NCBI GenBank assembly: GCA_965219995.1
Contig: CBDCOX010000002.1
Coordinates: forward strand, 800,001 to 864,000
Length of the DNA: 64,000 nt
From: Candidatus Latescibacterota bacterium
GTDB lineage: Bacteria > Latescibacterota > UBA2968 > GCA-2709665
Reading direction: 5' to 3'
This document shows, in pieces, positions 29,302 through 38,689 of the stretch; the first letter of the stretch is position 1, and each line of letters begins with the position of its first letter. The notes beneath the pieces were generated by a model. The model saw nothing but the letters and a program-made list of their open reading frames with translations. It did not search any database and was not told where the DNA came from. Both the position numbers and the translations under genes were made by a program.

Positions 29302-30582
29302 TCATGTCGTTCTTATGTGTTCCGAGAGTTTGTTGATATCGTCGGACGGCAGAATGGTCTGCGCTCCTGTTGCCAGTTTTTTCAACACAACGGTATTCGA
29401 CCGTAATTCGTCGGGTCCGACGATGGCAACAAACGGAATGCCCTTTCGGTGGGCGTATTTCAGCTGCCGGTCGAGTCGTTGACCGGGCTTGAGACCGAGT
29501 TCGACGGCGAGTCCCCGGGATCTGGCCCGTCTCGCGTATTCCGCGGCGGGTTCGGCCACGTCTTCGGAAAAGACCGTGACGAGCAGGTCGGGAACCCCGG
29601 CGGCGACGTCGGTGATCAGATCCGATTCCTTCAACAGTTCGGTGATCGCCATGTCGCCAACCGCAAAGCCAACACCGGGAACCGGCCTCCTGCCGCCGAC
29701 CTGCAAGGTAAGGTTGTCGTACCGGCCGCCGCCGAACAGAGCGCGCTTCAGTGAATTCCTCGCCCAGGCTTCAAAGACAATGCCGGTGTAATAGTCGAAG
29801 CCGCGAACGATCTTCGGGTCGGCTTCAATGTATTCCGAGACATCGTTCTTTTCGAGAAGCCGGATGACCCGTTCGAGCCGCGGCGAGAACCCCGGGGCTT
29901 TGCTTTCCAGAGTTTTCACGAGCCCGTCGATCTGTTCCGGAACCAGGCCGAGGGCTTCCAGTCCTGCGCTGAATTTCTCGAAGGGGATCCTGTCGATCCG
30001 GTCGACGATGGCGAAGAGCGGCCGAATCTGATCCGGGAGCAGGCCGAGGGAGCGGATGAGGTGACACTCGAGGCCGTGTCGATCGTTGAGCCTCACCGTC
30101 ACCTGACCGGAAGACAGTCCGAGAACCTTGAAAAGTTCGCAGGCGATCGTAACGATTTCGACGTCGGCATAGAGCGTATCGCTTCCTAGCAGATCGATGT
30201 TCCATTGAAAGAAAGACCTTCCTCTGCCACGCTGAGGACGTTCGTACCGATAAAAGCGTCCGTACGACTGCCAGCGCAGGGGAAAGACGAGCCGGTCTTC
30301 CTCCTGGGCTACCATGCGGGCGAGAGTAGGCGTGAGTTCCGGTCGAAGAACGAGGGTCTTCTCGTCGCGGCCGGACAACGAGAATGTCTGCCGGCCCACA
30401 ATCTCTTCGCTGGTCTTCCCCAGGTAGAGGTCCATGTATTCGACGATGGGCCCCTCGTACTCCTGATAGCCGTATCCGGCGCCAAGCGAGATGCACGTTT
30501 CACCGAGCCACTTCTGAAGGGCCCAGTCTTCAGGGTAGAAGTCCCTGACTCCTTTGACGCGTGGGATGCGTTCAGCCGCCAT
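29302..30582 (-). CDS. hisS: Histidine-tRNA ligase
   Basis: KGVRDF, LRPELT, YRYERPQRGR, VRGFDYYTG, GGGRYD, anticodon-binding domain. Confidence 0.95.
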   Translation of the reverse strand: MAAERIPRVKGVRDFYPEDWALQKWLGETCISLGAGYGYQEYEGPIVEYMDLYLGKTSEEIVGRQTFSLSGRDEKTLVLRPELTPTLARMVAQEEDRLVFPLRWQSYGRFYRYERPQRGRGRSFFQWNIDLLGSDTLYADVEIVTIACELFKVLGLSSGQVTVRLNDRHGLECHLIRSLGLLPDQIRPLFAIVDRIDRIPFEKFSAGLEALGLVPEQIDGLVKTLESKAPGFSPRLERVIRLLEKNDVSEYIEADPKIVRGFDYYTGIVFEAWARNSLKRALFGGGRYDNLTLQVGGRRPVPGVGFAVGDMAITELLKESDLITDVAAGVPDLLVTVFSEDVAEPAAEYARRARSRGLAVELGLKPGQRLDRQLKYAHRKGIPFVAIVGPDELRSNTVVLKKLATGAQTILPSDDINKLSEHIRTT

Positions 30583-30668
30583 GATCTTCAAGATTCCAGG
30601 TGGATAAGCCCTTGATTTTCAGCCAAATCGACAAAGATACACACAAGTCGATCCATTGTCAAGACATA

Positions 30669-31871
30669 TCAGGATTCCGGTCGAAATGCGGCTTCGAGGT
30701 GCCGAATCCGGGGCGTTTCGTCCTCGAAGCAAACGGCAATTACGTCGAATCGCGGGGTCGTTCCGGGGTCAGGGTGACGCTGGAGATACGCCCTCGCGAC
30801 CCGGACGATCTGACGCTGCTTGTTGCGGGTCACGCGGGTTTCGGGCGGTCCGAATCCTGTTGCGGCCGTGGTTTTCACTTCGACAAATGCGAGGGTTCGT
30901 CCCCTCGTTGCGATAAGATCGACTTCTCCGCCCACCGCCCGGTAGTTTCGATGGAGTATCCGGTAGCCGGCGTTCGCGAGCATGACGGCGGCCGCGTTCT
31001 CCCCCCGCCTGCCAGCCCATGGCAGACGCGTCTGTACCTGTCCAATGCGGCTGGCATGGACATCCTGGCTTGTCTTCCGGGGTGCGTCGCCCGCACGGCG
31101 GGACGGCTGCACGCCATTGAAGGACAACCGGTGGATCCGACAGGGACCGTGGGTTCGGAGCGCGCACCGGTGGCTGGCGCTCCCATATCCCTTGTGGTCG
31201 GCAAAACCGTATACCGGGAACTCACGATGGAACGCCGCCATTTTTCGGTCTCGCGTTACTTTGGCGAGTATGGAAGCTGCTGCAATAGAAAGGGAAGCCG
31301 CGTCGCCGTCGATCACGGCGGATTCCGGAAAGGGGCTGCCGGGGACCCCTGCGCCGTCCACCAGTACGCGGTCGGGTGATGCGCCGAGCCGTTCAATGGC
31401 GCGTCGCATGGCCAGATAAGTGGCCTGCAGGACATTCATGCGGTCGATTTCTTCAGCCGAGGCCTCGCCGGTGGCATGGGCGACGGCGATTCCCTGGATC
31501 CGGTCGTAAAGCCTCTCCCGTTTGAGAGGCGTGAGTACCTTGGAGTCGTTCAGTCCGTGGATCAGCGCATCCGGGGGTAAAATAACGGCGGCGGCGACGA
31601 CCGGTCCGGCCAGGGGCCCTCTTCCGGCTTCGTCGACGCCCGCGATAAGGCGGAGTCCCCTTGCGCGCAGCTTGCTTTCCAGGACCCGCATTTTTTCCAG
31701 ACGTGCGCGTTCGGCCGCCGCGGACCTGCGGCGTCGACGCTCCTTCAGCGCCAGGCTGCGTACGCCGGCGCGCGGGTCCGCATCCAGGACGTCCAGCAGG
31801 GCAGCGTCGATTTCGTCCGATTCACGCAGAAAGTCGCGAACCTGGGAAACGGTAAGACTGGAAAAGTCCAT
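30669..31871 (-). CDS. rnhB: Ribonuclease HII fused to a C-terminal YraN (UPF0102) nuclease domain
   Basis: GVDEAGRGPLAGPV, LNDSK, IAAASILAKVTRD, HKGYG; then GRRGE..A, RNYR...GEVDLIA, FVEVK, RFDVIA. Confidence 0.92.
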   Translation of the reverse strand: MDFSSLTVSQVRDFLRESDEIDAALLDVLDADPRAGVRSLALKERRRRRSAAAERARLEKMRVLESKLRARGLRLIAGVDEAGRGPLAGPVVAAAVILPPDALIHGLNDSKVLTPLKRERLYDRIQGIAVAHATGEASAEEIDRMNVLQATYLAMRRAIERLGASPDRVLVDGAGVPGSPFPESAVIDGDAASLSIAAASILAKVTRDRKMAAFHREFPVYGFADHKGYGSASHRCALRTHGPCRIHRLSFNGVQPSRRAGDAPRKTSQDVHASRIGQVQTRLPWAGRRGENAAAVMLANAGYRILHRNYRAVGGEVDLIATRGRTLAFVEVKTTAATGFGPPETRVTRNKQRQIVRVARAYLQRHPDPGTTPRFDVIAVCFEDETPRIRHLEAAFRPES

Positions 31872-32096
31872 GGGAACGTGGGTCCAACAGGTGTCCGAGA
31901 CGCATAACAGTACGTTGAATTATGGTCGAATGCGCGTGAACATGCAAGAAAAAGCGCCCCGCCAGGCGCCGCTGAATGTTGAATTCGGGAATTTTTGGAC
32001 TATATTGGTAGACGTCGACAACGCCTCTCAGGCAGTGCTTCCGGGACACCTGCTCCCGGCACGGCGGCGAGTCGATGACACGTAACGGAGACGACT

Positions 32097-33863
32097 GTGG
32101 AAACTCGTGCGAGAACCGAAAACTTCCGAAAGCTGCTGCAATTCGTCCGGCCGCATGCCGCGAGGCTGACCGGCGCGCTGGGTCTGACTGTGCTGCTGGC
32201 GATTCTGGGTATGGCGCCGCCATTGATCGTCATGTACATCGTCGACGAGGTGATCGTAGCGGGCCGCTGGGACATGCTGGAGCTTGCGGTCACGGTACTG
32301 GTAGCCGTGCCGGTCCTCACGGCCGGTCTGCGCGTGGCAAACGCGTTTACGCTCTCTTACGTCTCGCATCGATTGATCATGAATGTTCGACTGTCGATGT
32401 ACGAGCACGTGTTCCGGCTGGCCCTGAGGTTTCATGACGAGATGGGTACGGGAAAGGTGATGTCCCGGATGATGGGGGACGTCGCAACGGTTCGGCAGAT
32501 GGTAACGATGCAGATGTTGCGCATCGTGACGGATCTGATATCGATCGTCGCGGCGCTGGGTATCTGTTACGGGCTGAACTGGAAACTTGCGCTGCTGATG
32601 ACGATACTGATGCCGCTGTACATCATCAACTACAGAATCTTTATAGGTCCGATACGCACGTCCAGGCGCCGGTGGCGGGAGAAAATGGACGACGTGTCGG
32701 TCGGGCTTCAGGAGCGCCTGAGCGGAGCGAAACTGGTGAAGGCCTATGGCCGGGAAAAACGGGAAAACAGGGCCTTCGCCGAGGAAACCCGATCGGGCCT
32801 GGACTTCGCCATGGAGACGGAGACACATCGCGCGTCGGCGCGTTCCGGCTTCTGGGTGGTATCGGGCGTCCGCAACACGCTGATTTTCTGCCTGGGGTGC
32901 TATTTCGTCATCCAGGGCGACATGACCTATGGCGGCGTGATGGCTTTTCTGGCGTACGCGATGCGGGTCTTCGAGCCGGTATTGAATCTGATGAACGTGG
33001 GCATTCAGATCGAGGACATGCTGGTTTCGGTAGATCGGATATACGAGATTCTGGACCATCCGGTTGAAATCCGGGATGCTCCCGACGCGGTGGACCTCCC
33101 AGACATTCAAGGGCGGGTCGTATTCGACAACGTGGGATTCGAATACAAAGCAGGTGAGCCCGTGCTGAAGAACATCTGTATTGACGTCCGGCCAGGGCAG
33201 ATGGTTGCGCTGGTCGGTCACACCGGGTGCGGCAAGACAACGCTGACCAGCCTTCTCATGCGATACTATGACGTCACGGAAGGCGCGATTCGCGTTGATG
33301 GACACGATATCCGGAAGGTAAGGATCAGATCCCTCAGGAAACAGGTGGGACAGGTGCTGCAGGACTCCGTGCTCTTCGACACGACGCTCAGGGAAAACCT
33401 CAGTTACGGCAAACCGGACGCGCCCGAAGCGGAATTGATCGAAGCGGCGCGCGTTGGTGAAATTCACGAATTCACGATGCGAACGCGGGACGGATACGAT
33501 ACCCGGATCGGAGACGATGGAATCAAGCTTTCCGTGGGAGAGAAGCAGAGGCTGTCGATTGCGAGGGCGGTGCTTACACATCCCGCGATCCTGATTCTGG
33601 ATGAGGCGACTTCGTCTCTGGATTCGCTTTCGGAGGCCCTGATTCAGAAGGCGATGGCCGCCGTCCTGAAGGATCGTACTTCGTTCGTCATCGCACACAG
33701 GCTGTCCACCGTATTAACGGCCGACCTGATCATCGTCATGGACCGGGGGGAGATCGTTGAACGGGGCACGCACGACGCGCTGATGCAAGTACCGGATGGA
33801 CACTACCGGCGCCTCGTCCAGCAGCAGTTTGCAGAAGTCGATTCGGGGGCCGCCGCGGTCTGA
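32097..33863 (+). CDS. ABC exporter half-transporter (TM288-like subunit)
   Basis: TMD plus NBD: GHTGCGKTT, LSVGEKQR, ILILDEATS, AHRLST. Confidence 0.92.
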   Translation: METRARTENFRKLLQFVRPHAARLTGALGLTVLLAILGMAPPLIVMYIVDEVIVAGRWDMLELAVTVLVAVPVLTAGLRVANAFTLSYVSHRLIMNVRLSMYEHVFRLALRFHDEMGTGKVMSRMMGDVATVRQMVTMQMLRIVTDLISIVAALGICYGLNWKLALLMTILMPLYIINYRIFIGPIRTSRRRWREKMDDVSVGLQERLSGAKLVKAYGREKRENRAFAEETRSGLDFAMETETHRASARSGFWVVSGVRNTLIFCLGCYFVIQGDMTYGGVMAFLAYAMRVFEPVLNLMNVGIQIEDMLVSVDRIYEILDHPVEIRDAPDAVDLPDIQGRVVFDNVGFEYKAGEPVLKNICIDVRPGQMVALVGHTGCGKTTLTSLLMRYYDVTEGAIRVDGHDIRKVRIRSLRKQVGQVLQDSVLFDTTLRENLSYGKPDAPEAELIEAARVGEIHEFTMRTRDGYDTRIGDDGIKLSVGEKQRLSIARAVLTHPAILILDEATSSLDSLSEALIQKAMAAVLKDRTSFVIAHRLSTVLTADLIIVMDRGEIVERGTHDALMQVPDGHYRRLVQQQFAEVDSGAAAV

Positions 33864-33895
33864 AACCCGTAAGCACCCCCGGTTTCCATAAACGC

Positions 33896-35818
33896 ATGTT
33901 CTCATCCGGCATGAACCCGTATCTCAAACGATTCGTAAGGATTTATATCCGGCCGTTCTGGCTCCGGGTCGCCCTGGTGATGGGACTCGCGGGGATCACG
34001 GGATCCTATTTCTATATCCTGGGTTTCATCACCAAGAAAACCGTGGATGACGTGCTTCAGATCCGGTCGGAGTCGGACGTGGAAGAGGTTGCCGACACCC
34101 CGGCCCCTGCACAGGTGCGGCCGATGAACGCCGCAAGGGATCACCGAATCGATCGCGATCCGCATCGGGTGTTGCCGCACGGCTGGGACACCGATCGTCC
34201 GACGCCCGTCAAGACCCGTTCTGAGAAGATCAGGTGGCTCTGGGTCGTGTTCGGCGTCTATCTGGCCGTGCGCTTTCTTTTTTCCGGGATGAACTGGTTT
34301 TTCAACTATAATATCGCGTTTGTTGGCAATCGGATCGTCTACCACGTTCGATTGGACCTTCACCAGAAGATCCAGAAACTGCAGATGGCCTTTTTCGACC
34401 GCAAACAGGTCGGCAAGATCATGTCGCGCATTCTGGACGATGTGCAACTGTTGCAAAGCGAGGTGACGACGACGTTCGTGGAGACCATCGGGCACCTGGC
34501 GAAGATTGTGATCGGCGTTGTGGTTCTGCTGCTGATTAACGTGAAACTCGCCGCCTTTGCGCTGCTGGCGCTCCCGCTTTACGTAATCGCTTACAGGACG
34601 TTCCAGCGCCCGATCTCTGAGACGTTCGCACGGATGAGGGAAGCCTACTCCGACACCTACGGCGCGCTGGAAGAACGGGTCCGGGGGATTCGGGTGGTGT
34701 ATTCCTTTACGAATGAACGCACGGAACGAAGGTTGTTCTTTAGACGGCTGGCATCCATTTTCAGGCTTTCAGTGAAGAATTCGATGCTGAACGCCAGCCT
34801 GCGCGCGGTCTGCGCGGCCTTCGGAGCCGCGGCGGGCGCGCTGATGCTCTACTGGGGAACGCTGATGGTTCGCGACGGGAGCATGACGGTGGGCGAGTTG
34901 ATATATTTCAATATGTCCCTCTCCAATCTGTTCATGCCTCTGGTGGCGCTCACCAACGTAAACGTGGTCATCAGACAGATGACGGTCGTGATATCCCGGG
35001 TTTTCGAAGTACTGGACGAGGAGATATTGATAAAGGACCGCCCGGGCGCGGTCGCGCTGAAACGCGTGCGGGGACGGGTGGTGTTCCGGAACGTCTGGTT
35101 CCAATACAATGCGCTCGCTGACGCCGTGATAAAGGACCTGACGTTCTCGGTAAGGCCCGGCATGTCCGTGGCGGTCGTGGGGCCTTCCGGCGCCGGCAAG
35201 AGCACACTCCTCAGCCTGTTGCTGAGGCTCTACGAACCCACGCGCGGCAGCATTCTGCTGGACGACTACAATCTTCAGGACCTCCGACTTGCCAGCATCC
35301 GGCGGCACATCAGCATGGTGCCTCAGGAGCCCGTACTGTTCTCGGGGACCATTTCACAAAACATCGTTTACGGCAGAGACGGCGCAACGCCGGACCAGAT
35401 CATGGAAGCCGCCAGGCGCGCCGAGTTGCACGACTTCATCATGGGCCAGCCCGAGAAATATGAGTCCAGGGTCGAAGAGGGCGGAGGCAACCTGTCCGGC
35501 GGCCAGAAGCAGCGGCTGGCCCTGGCGATGGCGATTCTGACCGATCCCGCCATACTGATCCTCGACGACACGACGTCGGCCCTGGACGCGGGAACCGAAG
35601 CCCGGATCCAGAAAACCCTGGATCGGGTCATGGACGGACGCACGACATTCGTGATCACGCATCGGATATCGACAGCGACCCGTGCGGACCGGATTCTGGT
35701 ACTCGAGAACGGGCAGATGGCGGGATGGGGGACCCACGAGGAATTGCTGTCTCAGGGCGGGGTATACGGTCGGCTATTTGAAGAGCAACAGAGACCGGCG
35801 GCGGAGTTTACGGGATAG
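33896..35818 (+). CDS. ABC exporter half-transporter (TM287-like subunit, degenerate Walker B)
   Basis: GPSGAGKST, LSGGQKQR, ILILDDTTS (catalytic E replaced by D). Confidence 0.92.
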   Translation: MFSSGMNPYLKRFVRIYIRPFWLRVALVMGLAGITGSYFYILGFITKKTVDDVLQIRSESDVEEVADTPAPAQVRPMNAARDHRIDRDPHRVLPHGWDTDRPTPVKTRSEKIRWLWVVFGVYLAVRFLFSGMNWFFNYNIAFVGNRIVYHVRLDLHQKIQKLQMAFFDRKQVGKIMSRILDDVQLLQSEVTTTFVETIGHLAKIVIGVVVLLLINVKLAAFALLALPLYVIAYRTFQRPISETFARMREAYSDTYGALEERVRGIRVVYSFTNERTERRLFFRRLASIFRLSVKNSMLNASLRAVCAAFGAAAGALMLYWGTLMVRDGSMTVGELIYFNMSLSNLFMPLVALTNVNVVIRQMTVVISRVFEVLDEEILIKDRPGAVALKRVRGRVVFRNVWFQYNALADAVIKDLTFSVRPGMSVAVVGPSGAGKSTLLSLLLRLYEPTRGSILLDDYNLQDLRLASIRRHISMVPQEPVLFSGTISQNIVYGRDGATPDQIMEAARRAELHDFIMGQPEKYESRVEEGGGNLSGGQKQRLALAMAILTDPAILILDDTTSALDAGTEARIQKTLDRVMDGRTTFVITHRISTATRADRILVLENGQMAGWGTHEELLSQGGVYGRLFEEQQRPAAEFTG

Positions 35819-35930
35819 GTGGCATGCGGAACGGCAGGGTGCGATTCAATGGACGATGTATCGACGCGGTGGGTGGAAGAATCAGCCGGGAGCGCCGGCA
35901 GTCTGCATCGGCCCGGGACATCGCAGGGTT

Positions 35931-36704
35931 TCAGTCGCCTGCGGACTCCAGCCGAACCAGCAGGGTTTCGTCCTCGCCACTGTATTTCTTGACGCACAGG
36001 TCGCAATCCGGACAGGGGCGGTTGTAGCAGTTCTTGTGTACCCGGATCGGGTATTGGTGCTGAAACGCCTCGGAACAGTGTTTTGAACAGAAAATGTAGC
36101 GGTCCTGAAAGCTGCCGAACGCGGCGTAGACGACGATGACTTCCTCCTCAGCCTGCGTCAGGCCCTTCTCGCACCAGCTGCAGATACCGGCCTGCTCGCG
36201 TGCGCGGGCGGTGCGCTTTTTTTCTATTTCCTCATCGGACCAGACGTATTCTATGTGCTGGACGTTGTCTTTGGTGACTTTCGCGCGCACCACGCCGTCC
36301 GTAATGCCCAGGATATAGTCGCCCTGGGTATCGAACGTGGTGCCGCATTCGATGTTGCGCCCGGTTTTGAGATGTATGATGGACTTGCCCTCTTCCGGTG
36401 AGATGAACGAAAACCAGCCGCAACTTGCGCAGACACTGGTGAAGAGGAACTGTTGCGTCTTTTGGCCGCAGGCCGGGCAACGGCCTTCTTCCATCATCCT
36501 GATGTCCTGGAGCGTGGCTTTGGCGGCCTTCTTGACAGCGGCGTTGATTTCCTCCATGGTCTCGTCGAGGTCGTCCGCGTCCTTCTCGGAAAGAAGATTC
36601 ATGGCTTCTTCGGCTTCTTCCGCCTGTCGCTCGATGACGATCTGCCTCTCGCGACTCGATGCCGGATGATCTTCCTCGTCACGCTTGAAGATACCCTTGA
36701 GCAT
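35931..36704 (-). CDS. Hypothetical Cys-rich multi-Zn-finger protein
   Basis: Start MLKGIF with GAGG RBS; CPAC..CASC, CSWC..FCSKHC, HKNC..CPDCDLC. Confidence 0.7.
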   Translation of the reverse strand: MLKGIFKRDEEDHPASSRERQIVIERQAEEAEEAMNLLSEKDADDLDETMEEINAAVKKAAKATLQDIRMMEEGRCPACGQKTQQFLFTSVCASCGWFSFISPEEGKSIIHLKTGRNIECGTTFDTQGDYILGITDGVVRAKVTKDNVQHIEYVWSDEEIEKKRTARAREQAGICSWCEKGLTQAEEEVIVVYAAFGSFQDRYIFCSKHCSEAFQHQYPIRVHKNCYNRPCPDCDLCVKKYSGEDETLLVRLESAGD

Positions 36705-36936
36705 AAGGCTACACCTCAATCCCTGGCTTGATCGAACCGGTTTTTTCCAACGCTGGCTTCGCAAGGGGAAACGCGGTCTTCCGCTATCGCGTCCTCCGGT
36801 CCGAAACCTTGTGTTTTCCGTTCAGGCGGTGCCCCTTCAATCGAAAAACGAAGGGCACCGACTTCCCTGGATTGAATATAACGACGGTTCATCGATAAGT
36901 CAATTCTGCGAACGCGAACCGTCCTGTTTTCGATAT

Positions 36937-37707
36937 TCACAGGCGCCGCAGATGGAAACCGCCGTCGACGGGAATCGCCGCGCCGGTCGTGAAGTCGAAA
37001 TAGCCCAGTGCGACAGCGGCTACCGCTTTCCCGACGTCATCGGGCAGGCCCCACCGTCTGATGGGGGTAAGGCCTTCCGCGATCCGCCGGTCGTACAGCG
37101 CCCTGACCGGGCCCGTCATATCCGTCTTGATGACGCCCGGTTGGATCTCGTTGACGGTGATTCCGTACTCTGCCAATCTGACGGCGAACAGTGCGGTCAT
37201 CATGCTTAGGCCGGCCTTGGACACACAATACTCGCCCCTGCTGGTGGAACTTGCGAACGCCGAAATCGACGTGACGTTGACGATTCTGGCCTTCGGCACG
37301 ATCTCATTCCTGGTAAGATGGATCATGTGGCTGGCCGCTTGCTGGGTGAGAAAGTAAGGGCCTTTGAGGTTGGTATTCAGAACTTCGTCGTAACTTTCGA
37401 GTGTGGCTTCCAGAATATCCGCGCGAGTCCGCGGGGCGATCCCGGCGTTGTTTACGAGCAGGTCGATCCGGCCGTACGCGTCCATGGTGAAATCAATAAG
37501 GCGCTTGCATTCCTCCGGAACCGCAACCGACGCCCTGCAGATTCGCGGCCGCCGGCTTCTTTTCCGGATCTCGTCGGCCGTCTGCCTTGCGGCATCCCGA
37601 TTGCTATTGTAATTGACGACGATGTCATAGCCGACGTCTGCCAGACAACAGGCAATGGCCCGGCCGATACCCCGGCTCGAGCCCGTAACGAGTGCGACTG
37701 GGGCCAT
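36937..37707 (-). CDS. SDR oxidoreductase (3-ketoacyl-ACP reductase-like)
   Basis: Start MAPVAL; TGSSRGIG, NNAG, YCVSK, PGVIKTDM, VDGG. Confidence 0.9.
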   Translation of the reverse strand: MAPVALVTGSSRGIGRAIACCLADVGYDIVVNYNSNRDAARQTADEIRKRSRRPRICRASVAVPEECKRLIDFTMDAYGRIDLLVNNAGIAPRTRADILEATLESYDEVLNTNLKGPYFLTQQAASHMIHLTRNEIVPKARIVNVTSISAFASSTSRGEYCVSKAGLSMMTALFAVRLAEYGITVNEIQPGVIKTDMTGPVRALYDRRIAEGLTPIRRWGLPDDVGKAVAAVALGYFDFTTGAAIPVDGGFHLRRL

Positions 37708-37858
37708 GGTCTTTTCCTGGCTGACGTTGTGGGAGTCCCGGGACGGAACCGCATTCAATGTGAGTCGCACTAAAGATATGAATTTCTCTGCAAGGTTGTG
37801 TTTTTTTTGCTGACCGGATGAAGCAACAAAATCTGGAATTTCACCAGGGAGGCACGCG

Positions 37859-38629
37859 ATGGATGAGACAGAAGCAGGACGGGTCGAGGGGCGGGTGGCC
37901 ATTGTCACCGGGGCATCTTCGGGTATTGGCGAGGCAACGGCGTTCCTGCTGGCCGCTGAAGGGGCACGCGTCGCCGTGGTCGACGTGGACGAGGAGGGCG
38001 GTCTGCGCACGGTGGCCAGGATCTCAGCCGCCGGGGGAGAGGCTGTCTTTGTCGAAGCGGACGTGAGCGAGGCCGGGCCGGTGCGGCAGATGGTCGCACA
38101 GACGATGGATGCATTCGGCAGACTGGATATCCTGCACAACAATGCGATCTGGTACCGCAATGCGCCGGCCACCGAGATGGAGGAATCCGTGTGGGACAGG
38201 ACGTTGAACACGGGGTTGAAGGCGGTCTATCTGGCCGCGAGGTACGCCATACCGGCAATGTTGAGGACCGGCGGCGGTTCGATCGTCAACACGGGTTCGG
38301 TACACTCCCTGGTCGGGTTCGAGACCAACACGGCTTACGATGCCGCCAAAGCCGGAGTACTGGGCATTACACGGGTCCTGGCGCTGGATTACGGCCCCGA
38401 AATCCGTGTGAACGCCGTGCTGCCGGGAGCGATTCAGACGCCGCTCTGGGATCGAATTGACGTCCCCGCCGATGAACGTCGCAGATTGGCGGAAATGGTT
38501 CCGGCCAAACGGGTCGGCACCCCGGACGATATCGCGTCCGCCGTGCTTTTTCTTGTCTCCGGCGAAGCATCGTTCATTACAGGCACGTCGCTCGTCGTGG
38601 ACGGTGGTCTGCTGGCGCGAACGATGTGA
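37859..38629 (+). CDS. SDR oxidoreductase
   Basis: TGASSGIG, NNA, YDAAK, IRVNAVLPG, VDGG. Confidence 0.9.
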   Translation: MDETEAGRVEGRVAIVTGASSGIGEATAFLLAAEGARVAVVDVDEEGGLRTVARISAAGGEAVFVEADVSEAGPVRQMVAQTMDAFGRLDILHNNAIWYRNAPATEMEESVWDRTLNTGLKAVYLAARYAIPAMLRTGGGSIVNTGSVHSLVGFETNTAYDAAKAGVLGITRVLALDYGPEIRVNAVLPGAIQTPLWDRIDVPADERRRLAEMVPAKRVGTPDDIASAVLFLVSGEASFITGTSLVVDGGLLARTM

Positions 38630-38689
38630 GGCGCACTGGCGAAGCGCCGGTTGCATTTGCCGCTCCGGATCGCCGGATGTGCACCCGGA

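Noticed and set aside
32028-33698. Long antisense ORFs (also 38651..40324, 10264..11634, 48179..49387)
   Set aside because: Shadow ORFs opposite well-supported genes, typical of GC-rich codon bias, with no motifs.
37708-38211. 424-aa version of the minus-strand SDR
   Set aside because: The extension is antisense to the divergent SDR at 37859; the Rossmann motif begins right after 37707.
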